Source: the human T2T-CHM13v2.0 reference genome, Homo sapiens. From it: a stretch of DNA of 64,000 bases. Position numbers and translations under genes: made by a program. The notes beneath the pieces are model-generated. The model was not told where the DNA came from, searched no databases, and was given only the letters and a program-made list of their open reading frames with translations. The stretch is from assembly GCF_009914755.1 (NCBI RefSeq), contig NC_060927.1. One strand, given 5' to 3'. Shown piece after piece: positions 15,154 through 29,463 of the stretch; position 1 is the first letter of the stretch, and every line of letters starts with the position of its first letter.

Positions 15154-15452
15154 GGCCAGGTACAGTGGCTCATGCCAATAATCCCAGTGTGTGGGAGGCC
15201 GGGACCAGAGGATCACTTAGGCCCAGAAGTATGAGACCAGTCTGGGCAACATTAGCAAGACACTGTCTCTACAAAAAATGTTTACAATTAGCCAAGCATG
15301 GTGGTGTATGCCTGTAGTCCTCACTACTTGGGTGGCTGAGATGGGAGGTTGGCTTGAGCCCAGGAGTTCGAGGCGGCAGTGAGCTATGATCGTGTCACTG
15401 CACTCCAGCCTGGAAGATAGAACAAGACTCTGTGTGTAGGGGGAAAAAAAAA
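15154..15452 (+). mobile_element. Alu (AluJ-like)
   Basis: Diverged Alu dimer inside the L1MA element. Confidence 0.92.
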
Positions 15453-16319
15453 TAACTACCATATGACCCAGCAATCGCACTACTGGGTATATATCCAAAG
15501 AAAATGAAATTAGTATGTCGAAGAGGTATCTGCATTCCCATGTTTACTGTAGCACTATTTACAATAGCCAAGATATGAGATCAACCTAACTGTCCAACAA
15601 GGAATGAATGCATAAAGAAAATATGGTAAATGTACACAATGTAGTATTATTCAACTTTTAAAAAAATGGACATTCTGTCATTTGCTACAACATGAATGAA
15701 CCTGGAAGACATCATGTTAAGTGAAATAAGCCAGACACAGAAAGACAAATACCGCATGACATCACTCATATGTGGAATCTTTAAAAAAAAGAAAAAAAAA
15801 GTTGATATCATAGGAATAGAGCACAGCAATTATTACTAGAGACTGAGGCGGGGAGGGGAAAGTGGAGGATGGGGAAAGGTTAGTCAGTGGGTACAAACTT
15901 ACAGTTAGATAAGAGGAATAAATTCTGATGTTCTAACACACAGTAGAGTCACTAGTTAACAGTAAAACACTGTGTATCACAAAATAGCTAGAAGAGAGGC
16001 TTTTCAAGGTTATTATCACAAAGAAATGATAAATGTATCACGTGATGAATACACTACCCTGACTGGATCATTATACAGCAGAGATATGTATCAAAACACC
16101 AAACTGTACTCTATAAATATGTACAATAATAATGTGTAAATAAAAAATAAATAAAAATTTAAAAAATAAATGTTTAAAAAACTCTTCCTAGGGTTACAAG
16201 TAAAAAAATAAATAAACCTTGACCCCTATCTTACATATCAAACAAAACCCAATCTGAGATATAAACCTAAATGTAAAAGCCAAAACTATAAAGCTTCTAA
16301 AAGAAAACGTAGGATAGAA

Positions 16320-16540
16320 GAGGCCCTGTCTGCCAGAGCGGAGCGCTCCCTCTCTGGGGCTCTGTCGCTCTTGCTCTCTGGCTCCCTCGCCCTCTCTCTT
16401 TTTCTTCTTCCCCCTCCGCCTCGCACTCTCTCTACTGCCTTCTCTCTCTCTCTCTCTCTCTCTTTCTCTTTCCCCCAACCCCTTCTGTCTCTCCTTCCCT
16501 CTCTCCCTTGCTCTCCTTTGGGCTGAAAAAAAAAAAAAAA
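16320..16540 (+). mobile_element. Orphan L1-mediated retro-insertion of a CT-rich non-TE RNA
   Basis: 206-bp body plus poly(A), flanked by a perfect 16-bp TSD AAAACGTAGGATAGAA (16304-16319 and 16541-16556). Removing it restores continuous L1 sequence. Confidence 0.85.
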
Positions 16541-17253
16541 AAAACGTAGGATAGAAAATCTTCACAACCTGGGGTAAGCAAAGATTTCCTGGACAGGTGA
16601 CACAGAACATAAAGCAACCAGAAAAAACTGAAAATTATCAAAATTTTAAAACCTTATCAAAATTTAAAAATCATCAAAATTAAAAACTGAAGTTCATCAA
16701 AATTAAAAACTTCTGTCCCTCAAAAAACATTAAGAAAATGAAATTAAAGTCACAAACTAGGAGAAAACAGTCACATCTATCTAAGAAAGAACTTAGCTGG
16801 GGGAAGGGAGAGATGTTGGTTAATTTTTTTTAATGATTTGTTTCTAGAATATATAAAGAACCAAAAATTTTTTAACCAAATTAAATAAAATGGACAAAAG
16901 ATGTCAGCAGACATTTCATAATTATATACATACCCAATAAGCATATGAAGAGGTGCTAAACATCCTTAGTCATCAGAGAACTACAAATGAACACCACAGT
17001 GAGAGCCATTAGCACCCAAGAGAATAACATTGAACGTTGGCAAGGAGGTGGAGTAACTATTATACAACTCTTACACATTGCTAAGAGTGTAAAAAATGTT
17101 CAACTACTTTGGAAAACACAGTTTCTTATAAAGTTAAACATACACCTATTCTATGATCCAAGAATTCCATTTCTGAGTAATTATCCAAAAGAAAAGAAAA
17201 CATATGTCCACAAAAAGACTTATGCACAAATATTCATATCCCTCCCCCGAACG

Positions 17254-17526
17254 TTTTTATTTTTGAGACAGAGTCTCACTATGTTGCCCAGGCAGGATCT
17301 CAGCTCACTGCAACCTCTGCCTCCCAGGTACAAGCGATTCTCCTGCTTCAGCCTCCTAAGTAGCTGGGATTATGGGCACCTGCCACCACGCCCGGCTAAT
17401 TTTTGTATTTTTAGTAGAAACGCGGTTTCACTATGTTGGCCAGACTGGTCTCCTGACCTCAAGTGATCCATCCGCCTCGGCCTCCCAAAGTACTGGGATT
17501 ACAAGCGTGAGCCACCATGCCTGGCC
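17254..17526 (-). mobile_element. Alu (AluS-like, small internal deletions)
   Basis: Reverse Alu consensus inside L1. Confidence 0.92.
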
Positions 17527-20500
17527 ATGTTCACAGCCCTTTTATCCACAATAGCCAAAACTGGAAACAACACAAATGTCCATCAACAGATGAACGGATA
17601 ACCAACTGTGGCATATATATAAATGGAATGCTAATCAGCAATGAAAATAAGAGACTTTGTAACAATAGGGATGAATTTCATAGACTGTATGAGTGAAAGA
17701 AACTACACAAGAGAGTATATACTAATATTTCCACTTATATAAAGTTATAGAATAGGCAAAAGTAATTTATGGTGATAGAAATCAGGTCAGTGGTGACCCT
17801 GGAAAGGGGAGTGGAAGGGAAACTGTTGAATTTATTACAAAGAGGCATCAGGGAATTTCTGGGGTGATGGAAATGTCCTATATCTTGGTTGGAGTGGTGG
17901 TTACATAGGTGTATGCATTTTTCAAAACTCAACCAAGAGAACATTTAAAATCTGTGTATTTCATTATACGTAGTTTAACTAATTTTTTTAAAAGATGGAA
18001 AAAAGGAATTAACACTCAATGGTTTTTACCTCTCTGCTTATCTCAAGAAGCTTGCAAAATCATAGCATAGTATTTGTACTAACATAAAAAGTTTTAGAAA
18101 AAATTAATCTTAAGTGATCACCAACTTCCATATTTAAACTTCAAAACACCTTTCCCAGGAAAATAAAGAACTCTGTTCCTAATAACAATTTATTGTTATT
18201 ACTGGTAATAATAACAAAAAATAATATGTAAGTAAGTTTTCCAGACACAGTTCAAAGTATCAAGAGCATCTAGGAGTTCTGTAAATTCAACTCCATGTTA
18301 AGCTAGATAAAAAGTACCTGTAAGCAGCCAGACAAGACCAAAAAAAAAAAAAAAAGAAGAAAATGCAGGCACGTCCTCAAGTCATACATGCAGTCATTTG
18401 ATAATTCGTGGTTTTGTTCTACTAGAAATTTTATCTTATCTGTCAAGGAGACGGGTGGATATAGCCAATTCCTTCCCAGCCTCCTGGGAACATCTGTTCT
18501 CCCCAAATTGCTCAAGGTCTCTCTAGTTTTACCAGCCCAAACAGAAACTACCAACTTCAACAGAAACCATGCCTCCTAAGTAGGGAATATTCTTTTTGAA
18601 CATAACAGAGCAACTTCACAACATTTCAACTGAAGACAGGGCAAAGACTGCAGTCAGCCAACTTTCTCAGGCTTCTAAAACCTAGTTGGACTTCAACTTG
18701 TGCTAGTAGCTTAGCACCCTGGCCGTCCACCCCTTATCCCCCTTCAATGATCTACTTCTATACTGTCACCCACTAATACCCCTCTGACTTCCACCAACCT
18801 CCTTATCCTTCGGAAGTACAACTTTCCCCTGGCCCTGTGGAGCCCAAAGGGCCCATTCTCTTACCCTCAGTGGACACTGCCCTGGATCGCCATGGCCACT
18901 TCAGATGACTGCTTGAGCACCCTTACCCAAAGTTCTGTTTCTTTACAATCATGCCATCAAACTATGCCACCCTCTATCCTTCTCAGTATCTCAGTTACCT
19001 CATTCACTGAGGATTCTGGGACCAGTTTATACAAGTTCTATGCACCCCTCTTCTATGTCTCATTAGGGCAGACTCCCAATGTCCCTGAGACTAACCCACT
19101 TTCAATCTGCCCTTCAATGTCTCTTTTATTCCTCAACTCCAACAATCTTCATCCATACCAAAGAAACTCATTTCTCATGGACAGCAGCAATATGCGAATT
19201 ACTCTGCCTCTAAAATCTTGAACTATAGTATCTCAACAGCTAGTAGTTCTTCAGCTCTTTACAATTAACAACAGCTGCTCCCAGGGTCATTCTGTCTCCA
19301 GTATCTATAATCCTCTTGTTTCTCCCATTCTATTGTACCAATCATTTCCTCAGTTTCTTCTTACAGGCCTCAACCTCAATTACTTCAATTACTTTCTTAC
19401 CAGTGGAGGTTTCCACTTTCACCCACCACAGCCTACATCAGACATACACCATCAGCTCAGAAAAAAACACCCAATCTTGAACTCACTCCTCTACTTCCTG
19501 TCCTCTCTGGTGCTATAATTGAATGCTGCATAATCCTGGATTAAGCCATTGCCACAAATGACTCACTACAAGATGATGCTTGTACCCTCAACAAATAAAT
19601 ATTTATAAGCTGCTGACAATTTAAAGCCCTGTGATCCAAATGCCTATGAACACCTAATGACCACCAAAATAAATTGTAAATTTAAAATTCACTACCATAG
19701 ACTGAGGTGTTTAAATTGCAATATAATCATTAAACACAGTTGCTGTTTTCTGACTATAGGTTTTGAAAACACTTGTTTTGAAACAGATACTCCATTCTTT
19801 ATTAGCTAAGGTAGTTATTTCCAGTTTGAAAAGGCTTGAAAGAAACCAATAAAATTCTGTTCAAATTTTCACGCATCAAATTAGCAAATACAGTCTGTTA
19901 TATTGTGAGACATGTTTCTGTAACACAGCTTTTAAGTGGTAAGTAAGATCATTCCAGTATAACAAGTGGGTTCACATATTAATTTTCCTAGGCAAGGGGA
20001 TCTGGAATAGCAGGAATAGAATTATAACTTTCAGTGAGAAAGAAAAAGATCCTCATTTAGCTCAGCTGCTGCCAAGCAGGAGTCCTCTCAGCTCTATTTC
20101 AAGAATATTTAAAATGAGCACCTGTACCCAGGACTCCCTGCTCAAAGGAGCATTCCCATCCTTTGCACAGCAAGCTGCACTTACTCTGGTGCCCACCTTT
20201 ATGGCAACCACATTGGCTAAGAAAATGACTTTCATCTGTACTGTCTCAAGACCACACCCTATATGTTAATATCTCTCACTCTCTTCTGAGGCAACATAAG
20301 CCATGCTAAATGGTTTGACTGGGCTGCCCAAGTGATCTCACAAGGTACCAATTATGCTTTTGTTGGTGCTCTGCTTTAATTGCAGAAATCTTGAGTGGCT
20401 GGCCCTTAACCTTATTTTTCTCATAAATCCTGTTATTTTTAGTGAATAGGTAAACTTGAAGGGTTTTTATGGAATACATTTGATGTTATAACAGAAATGT

Positions 20501-22465
20501 TTATATTATTTAAAAATAATACTGACTGTTACACAGGTTATGACACGTAATTTGTGACTCTATACAAAGTTTTATAAATATTTATACTCTTTGACCCAAT
20601 AATTCCATTACTAAAATCCATCTTAAGGAAACGAAAGACAGACACAAATTTTTATGTACAAATATATTAATAAAAATTAAAACTGAAGAAAAGTAACAAT
20701 ATAAACTACCAGCAACAGAGCAATAATTAATAAACTGTAATACATCCAGAAGATAGAACAACAGTTTTCAACAGTTTATCTTTCTTTGGAGGAGAGAGGT
20801 GATACCTCAAGTCATGATATCCTCTCAACTAAACTGCTCCCTGTTCATCTCTCTAACATATTAGGCTTCTTTGAAGACAGGTTTTAATGACCAAATAAGT
20901 GACTAAAAAACACTGAAAAAAGACTATGAAGCCATGAACAAAACTGTTATAAATACTGTAGTAAAATGAGTTTTGCTTAGAATATAACAGTAAATGCAAA
21001 TTACAACATACAAACTGTATACAGCAAATTTCTAACAATGTCTGGCACCTAGAATAGTTCATGCATGTAACAGGTATTCAATAAACATCCGGTGAATCAA
21101 AGTTAAATATATATTCATATGCATGTTGTGTTCCACTTTAAAAAAAGGGAAAATAGCAAAATATGTTAACAGTGGTTGAATATAAATAGTGGATTATGGA
21201 TGATTTTTATTATATGCTTTTATTCTTTTTCTTCTCTTAAATTTTCTATGAAAGTTAAGCTGGAAAAACAATAAAAGTGTTCAAAAACATGTTTAAAGAA
21301 ATATGCATACAGCTGCGACAACTCATTAATACAAAAATACAACCAACTACTGTCTAAAATAACCCATGAAGGTTGATAAGAGATACAGAAAAGGCCCTCA
21401 AAAATAAAATTCAATTTAGAAAATCACATTTGTAACGACATTATCTTTGGTATATTAATGTTAACACCAGTAATGATAAATTATTAATGATTAAAACACT
21501 TTCCTCCAACTTTCCCTTAAAATACCCAGTTAAACCAAAGAGCAAAATTTGGCAAAGTACTATAAACTGAAGAGAAAGACCAAAAGAGAAGACCAAAACT
21601 TGGAAAAAATTTCCACATGCAACATTTGACAATGGGACTGAAATAAAATTATTGGGTTACCCATGCTATCTGAATGAGAATAACATGGAAAACCCTGAAG
21701 ATGACAGGGAATGGAACAAAGCTTTAATTTTCAGGAGAAGAGGAAGCAGGCAAGGAATTCTATTTCTAGACAAACTCTCATCATATGCAAAAATAGTACT
21801 CAGAAGGCCTCAGGAAACACCGCAATTATGTATTCTTCCCAAAAAGTTTCTCTAAAACATACTGAGAGATTAATAAAACTTTTGTTTTTAATAGGGGATA
21901 GAGAACTGTTTTATACTGAGAAGAGCTATGCTTCAGGATGAAGGTATAATAATCATGAATCATCACTGTTCTGTATCAAACTATAAAGAATTTTAAAAAC
22001 CAAAATAGTAGAAATATGAAGAGAACCAAATATAAGTATGACCATGGTACAAAACTATCAGTCTATGACTGATATTAGCATATAAAAGATATAGTTTATA
22101 GGTACAGCCATAATTAATACATCTATCAAGATGGTACTCTATAGGAAATGTGACTTACTTCAAATCATCTGTAAGATATTTACAAAATGTGATCAGCTAT
22201 AAGGAAAAGCATAATCAATTTCTTAAAGGAAAAAATGTATAGGCCACAATATGACCACCGGGCAATGGTAAGAAGGCAGGGAGTGAGGCAAAACTGAACA
22301 TACACATTTTTAAGTACCATCTATCTCAAAGAGTTACCTATATTCTTAACCATCACAAATGGTTTCAACTACATAAAGAAAAAACAAGAACATGAAAAAA
22401 AATTGAAAATACATTCATCAAAAATTGTCAATGCATGGTTAATATATGGCATTTTTCTTTACAAA

Positions 22466-22582
22466 TATTTTCCAAATAGTCTATAATGAGTATATTTTCT
22501 AGTCTATATCTTTTCCTGTATATTTTCCAGTCTATATCTTTTCTTGTATATTTTCCAAATAGTCTATAAATGAGTATATTTT
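22466..22582. repeat. Local compound direct repeat (A-B-B-A)
   Basis: tattttccaaatagtctataa(a)tgagtatatttt occurs twice, flanking two 28-bp derived units. Confidence 0.8.
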
Positions 22583-23454
22583 ACCCTAATAATCAGGAAA
22601 TAAAATTAATGAAATAAAAGAATTTTAAACAAATTTACTTTTAGAAAAAGATGAAATCTATAGAGAATATCATACTTTATCTCTCAATTTTAACTCCTTT
22701 TTCTTTCCTTCCCCATCATACGCTTGAAAAAAATTAAAAGAGAAAAGCAAAAGACACATAAAGACAGGGGCTAGATAACCTAGTTGTTTCTAATTACTAT
22801 TAATTATTAGTGTTTCAAATACGACAACAGCAATCAAATGCAGTCTGAAAGCAGGGACAGTGGACAGCAGGGGTTATTACTGTCAGGGAGTGTTAAGCAT
22901 CACAGAGGTTAAGTGAGTAGTGAGAAATGATTAGAGAGGCAGTGAGGGAAACAATCTATTCAGTAATGCTTTAAGGAACCAGTTCTGTGGCAAGCCAGGA
23001 GCAGGGTAACTCTTTATGAGACTAGGAAACAGAGCCTGGTTCCAATAGAAGGGAGTGACTGAGAAGGAAGGTAGGTGTGCTATAGTTAGGAAATTCCAAG
23101 GGCTGAGACAGATCACTTCTAAGGTGGTCATTCCAATGAGTGCCTTATTTGGGAAAAAAAAGAAAACTGGGAACTGGGACACCCGCATGGTCAAAGGAAA
23201 AAAAAAATCAGGGTAGGTTCTAATATCCCTTTGGGATAAAGGGAGGGAATAAATGAAAATTAGAGTCAGGGAAATAAAGTCACTGAGTATCATTTTGTAG
23301 AGGTCTGGTGACTCCAACAATCCTAATGAGTCAAAGGTTATGTAAGTAAAGATCATAGAAATCAAAAGAAAAGAGAATGCTGAGACACTGTAGTGGGCAA
23401 AACAATCCAAGTAGGAAAGGAGAGGTATAATGCATAATAAGAGCTGGTCCCTCA

Positions 23455-23945
23455 ATGAACAATCCAAAAAGGAAATTAGAAAACAATTCCATTTACAATA
23501 GCATCCAAAAGAATAAAATACTTAGGAATAACTGTACACTGAAAACTACAAACATTGCTGAAAGAATTAAAGACCTAAATAAATGGAAAAACACCCATGT
23601 TCATGGACTGGAAGACTTAACACTGTTAATATAACAATACTACCCAAGTGAGCTACAGATTCACTAAAATCCCTATCAAACTTCTGACTCCCATTTTTGC
23701 ACAAGAGTAAAAGCAGATCCTCAAATTAATATGAAATTGTGAGCAGGCCAAAATAGCCAAAACAATTTTTAAAAAGAACATAGTTGGAGGACTCACACTT
23801 CCTGGTTTCAAAGATCACCACGAAGCTACTTTAATCAAAACAGTGTAGTACTGGCATGACAGACATGTAGACCAACAGAAGAGAACTGAGAGTCCAGAAA
23901 GAAAGTTACATATTTTGGGCTGATTAATTTTTGACAAGGATGCCA
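23455..23945 (+). mobile_element. L1 ORF2 fragment (L1M)
   Basis: attccatttacaatagcatc...tttttgacaaggatgccaag match L1 ORF2. Confidence 0.85.
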
Positions 23946-24623
23946 AGAGACAAGGGGGCTGTGCTGGAAAGCAGACAAGAACAAGAATGGACAGCCACGA
24001 ACTAAAGAGGTAGCATTTTGTCATTAGAATGCACAGAATTTTTAAATTCTGATTTAGGATGAAAATACTTCAGCTGTTCAGTTACATTAACCAGACTTAA
24101 ATTTCCCATTGCCAATTCCAGCAAAGGAAAAATGTTGCTCTCTTGTTAGAAAGCATGGCATTTTTTCAAAATTTTATTTTTAAACAACTCAAATTCAAAG
24201 CTAAAAAACCAAAGTTATTCTTGCAAAACTCTTAAGGCTTATCAAAAAAAATTCATTTTTCCCTAGACGATTTTAAGTTCAAATTTATTTCAAGGTCTGT
24301 GATCCACATGAACTGGCCTAACTCAAGTTCTAATAATTCAACAGTTCAAAAATTTTTTCCAAATGATTTTAAAAGTTGACTATTGGTTTCTCAAAGCTGT
24401 ACATATGGTTCATTCGTGCTAAATCAGCAAACCATCTCTCTTTATTTTAAAAGCCACCTTTATAGCACTTAACAAAACATATTTCAGGGAGTTGTTTCAA
24501 ATGTCCATCTTCCTATTACCTTGCACATCTCACAAACAAGGCTGGGGTCTTAGTTTACTTGTAACTACTTAAATATTAGATGCATGAATGGCTGGCTGTC
24601 GATAAAAGTCAACTACATCAAAG

Positions 24624-24675
24624 ATGGGTTTTAAAGAAAATGGGTTTTAAAGAAAATGATACTTTAAAGAAAATG
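24624..24675. repeat. 16-bp tandem repeat, about 3 copies
   Basis: ATGGGTTTTAAAGAAA twice plus one degenerate copy. Confidence 0.8.
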
Positions 24676-26319
24676 TCAAGAACCATTAGTTAAGGCAAAA
24701 AAACAAAAGTGATGTCATAGAAAGAGAACTAAAGCAGAGTTCACAGTTCTTACTTCCCTTCCCCTGGCTTCACCAGTAGGTAGCTGAATGACCTTTGGCA
24801 ACCAATTACTTAACCGCCCTCTCTAGACAACAATTTTCTCAACTACAAAACAAAAAAGTTAAACCAGATGATGTTAATGTCCCTCTCCTCAGCCGCAAAA
24901 TTCTATTACTCTATGATATCATCCATGGTTTCCTAGTGTCAGCCAAAACACTATTATTTTATTATATCATCCACAGTTTCCATATGCCATTTAAACCTTA
25001 AGTAAAAATTCATTTAGTCAAGATAATCTTCTAGATTCTGAGGACAGTGGTAATATGAGCCATTAATCAGAGAAAAAACCAATATCACTTAACATGTATT
25101 AAACCACTGAATACATTTTAATGAATGCTAAAAGGAAAGTAAACAAGGAGCTCTTATTTCAAATGCTCTTAGGTTATGGAAAGTAACAAGCTGAAATCGA
25201 TAAAATAACAGTTTGTTCATCAGAATGTAATAAATCTAGCTGTGGTCATATTATGCCTAGAAAATTAGCTGAGACCTAATGTTTAACTACATTATAAGAC
25301 AAGGAATTAAAATATTAGACTGTAGAACAGGGGCATCCTTTCCCCATAGTTGAATAAGCATGTAAATCTTCAATCCCATAGCTGTTCAAGCAATAATCTG
25401 TGGATTAAATATGATTTTTCGTGTAATTCTCTGCCACATTCTTCAGCATTTCCTCATATATTTGTCCTGCAACCCTAAGTGTCTTGATAGAACTGTCTTG
25501 AGAGTGTATGTTCATACACAGAAAGGAGGATTAGAGAGAGCTTTCCAGAGAAAGAACGTATGCGTGACCAACAACAGTAGACAACATAAATATACCCCTT
25601 CTTCCCCTCCGTCCTTCAGACTGCCTTCTTTCTGCCTAAAGAAAAGCAGGTAAGCCTACCCTTTTGGTCCTGATAGGTGGTTTAGAAATCAGCTTCAAGA
25701 AGACATGGAAGGGAATCTCCTGTTCCTCCCAAGGAAAAGCCAGGAATCTGCAGGCACTAACTTTTCCTAACTGTGCCACTTCAGGAAGTAAACATGATAT
25801 GTCGTCAAAATCAACACAGAACAGGCACAAATGTTAGAATACAAGCAAGGACACTGAAACAACTATTATACCTGTACTCCACATGGTCAAAAAGTTAAGT
25901 AGAATCATGGAAAATACAAAAAGACCCAAGTCAAATTGCTAGGGCTGAAAACTATACTGTATATAAGATGGAAAATAGACTGGATAGGACAGCAGGTTAT
26001 GCATTTTGGGGAAAAAAAATTAGAAATTGTATTTCCTAGCTTTTCATTACTGATAAAGGCTTTTGCCGGAATCTCTCTTGAATACTTCACATCCTCCAAT
26101 TGTAGCGTGGGCCAACAGTCTATTGAGAGACTGCTCTGTGCCAAGCCATAAGGTAGCCTCGGTGCAGTAGGGGAGAGACAAAATATGATGGGTGCAGTGA
26201 TACAGGTCTGCTTATGCAGGGTATGGAGCTATGGAAGTCGACATGGGAGGCGCCTTACCCAGAGACAGCAAGGGAATGGGAGAGGCAAATTAGGCAACTC
26301 CAAAGAAAATAAGTTATCA

Positions 26320-26632
<313 letters not shown>

Positions 26633-28181
26633 GCAGCTATAAAAAATTAACATATGTAAACTTCCATTAGTAAGTATAGCTTCAGTCTAATTTCCCTTTT
26701 GGATAATAACTAAGCAGGCCATGGGAAATGATCAACAGAATGATGACTCCAGTAAGGCACAGGATAGTGAATTTTTTTGTAAGTATGATTCACTTGTTTA
26801 CTCATTTGTTCCACTTTTAATGAAAACCTACTACATGTCAGATACTGTTTTAGGTGCTAAAAATAGAAAGTGGAACAACCTAAAAAGTGTCTATTCAAAC
26901 AGAACTTTCACTAAAGGAGATGGAAACAACCAAAAAAGTATCAGATGCTTAAAACAGTGTGATAGCACAGAGAGGCACTGGGGATCAACCCTAGGAAGAT
27001 GAGCCTCTCTGGGGAATTGACATTTTAAGTTGAGATCTAGAAAGTACCAGCCATGTAAAGATTTGGGGAAAGAACGCAAGGCAGAGGTGCCATCTAATGT
27101 AGACTCCAGGGTGAGAAGGAGTCTGGCACCAAGGGAACTGAGTGGTGCAGGGAGGGGCAGGGATAAGAGTGGATCCAGGTCGTAGGCAAGAAGAGTCTCT
27201 ACATATACATTTACATATTTATAAATCAGGAAAAGCTCAACAGCTTAGATATTTGATATTTATAAATTCTTAATTTCTTAATAATGTGCAATAATGGTTA
27301 TTTTAGATTTTTTAAGAATTTCTTTCAGATATACATATTGGAATATTTTTATGAAATTATGTCTAGATTTGCTTCAAAATAATCTAAGTAGAGGATAAGG
27401 AGAGTGAGGGCAAATGAGTGGAGTAGGGGTAAGGTGGTAGAGATGAAACAGAATTGGCTATGAGTTGAGAACTGCTGAAGCTGGATGACGGGTATACAGA
27501 GATTCATTATATTATTATGCCTTATTTTGAATTTTTGAAATGTTCCATAATAAATACATTTTTAAAGCACCTTATTTAAAATATAAGGGAGGGAGTATTT
27601 ATAAATACAAATGCCCCATTCACAGGGGACTTTTTAAAGGTGCAAACTACTGTCTATGATACTGTAGTGGATATAGGACACTATGCATTTGTCGAAACCT
27701 ACATAACTTTTCAACAGAGTGAATCTTAATATATGCAAATTTTCAAAAAAATTCATGTAGGAGGTCAGATCTTAGGATGTAAAACAGAATATGACATATA
27801 CCAGTTTTTGTGACACTCAGGTGTACCCATTAAGCTTTTCATCAGGAGTCCCTCAAAGGCCCCAAAAGTCTAGAGGTCCTAGCACAGTATACAAATTTTA
27901 GTATGTGTGGACATTCATGCCTTTTTCTAGGGAAAGGGCCTAAGGCTTTCACAAAAAAAGGCTGAGAACCACTGACATTTCTCCTTGCCTGCAGCTTCTT
28001 GGCTGAAAAGTAACCTTGCTATTGCTCTTAATCTAATGACAATATCTCATTCATTTTATGATTTCCCTGCAAGGGCATTACTACACAGCTATTGCTGTAA
28101 GCAAATAATAAATACCACCAGTGAATTTTACAATTCTGAAAGTTGTGACAAACACATGCATATGCACATAAAAAAGGTGGA

Positions 28182-28510
28182 GGCCTGGTATGGTGGCTCA
28201 CACCTGTAATCCCAGCACTTTGGGAAGCCCAGACAGGGTTGGTGGGGGGGGGAAATCACTTGAAGTCAGGAGTTCGAGACCAGTCTGGCCAACATGGTGA
28301 AACGCCATCTCTACCAAAAAAAAAAAAAAAAAAGATACAAAAATTAGCCACGCGTGGTGGTGCACGCCTGTAGTCCCAAGCTACTCAGGAGCCTTAGGCA
28401 CGACAATCGCTTGAAGCTGGGAGACAGAGACTGCAGTGAGCTGAGATTGCACCACTGTACTCCAGCCTGAGAGAAAGAGCAAGACTCTATCTCAAAAAAA
28501 AAAAAAGAAA
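28182..28510 (+). mobile_element. Alu (AluS-like) with expanded mid-linker A run
   Basis: Alu consensus; aaaggtg on both flanks. Confidence 0.93.
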
Positions 28511-29163
28511 GGTGACAAACTATGTATTTAAGTTCCCTTTACAGTATCACCTTTTTATAATATCATATTTCATTTAATCTAAAGTACATCCTTATTTTTT
28601 GTGCCACTAAGAAAGAAAAAAGCTATTAACTGATGACTCTCCCCACTGATTATAACATGGTTCTGATTTCAGAGACGTTCAAATGTGGAAAACCTGTACC
28701 TCCTGTAATTAATTAAACATGGCATTCAAAACGTTAATTTACCTGAGCCCCATCTCAGATCAATTCAACAAATTGCTCAGGGTAGGTCAAGGAATCTGTA
28801 GTTTGTTAAAGCTTCTCAGATGATTTTGGTTAAAGACTAAGTCAACTGTCAACCTTCAAAGGCAGCACAGTAGAGAAAGCACGCACTTTGGAGTCACATA
28901 GCCCCACACATCTCTGTGACCTACAGCAAATTCTGTTAATTGCCCACAACCTCAGCATCTCAGCTTTATCTGTTTAAAAACAAACAAACAAAAAACAGTC
29001 AATGCCACCGACTTCCTATGGTTGATAAAAGAGAACATATGTAAAGTACCTGGCATACAGCAAGATACGCTCTTCCTCCTCCTCCCTAAATTACAGGTGA
29101 TCCCTAACTAGAGACTTGTGTGCTGTCTATTCCAGCTTAAAATTTATATAAGAATGAGAATGA

Positions 29164-29463
<300 letters not shown>

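Noticed and set aside
16194-16641. RE-rich ORFs resembling splicing-factor domains
   Set aside because: Antisense reading of the CT-rich insert and its poly(A), not a processed-pseudogene CDS.
22931-23467. 178-aa hydrophobic minus-strand ORF
   Set aside because: Non-ATG start, T-rich composition, adjacent to an L1 fragment, no recognisable homology.
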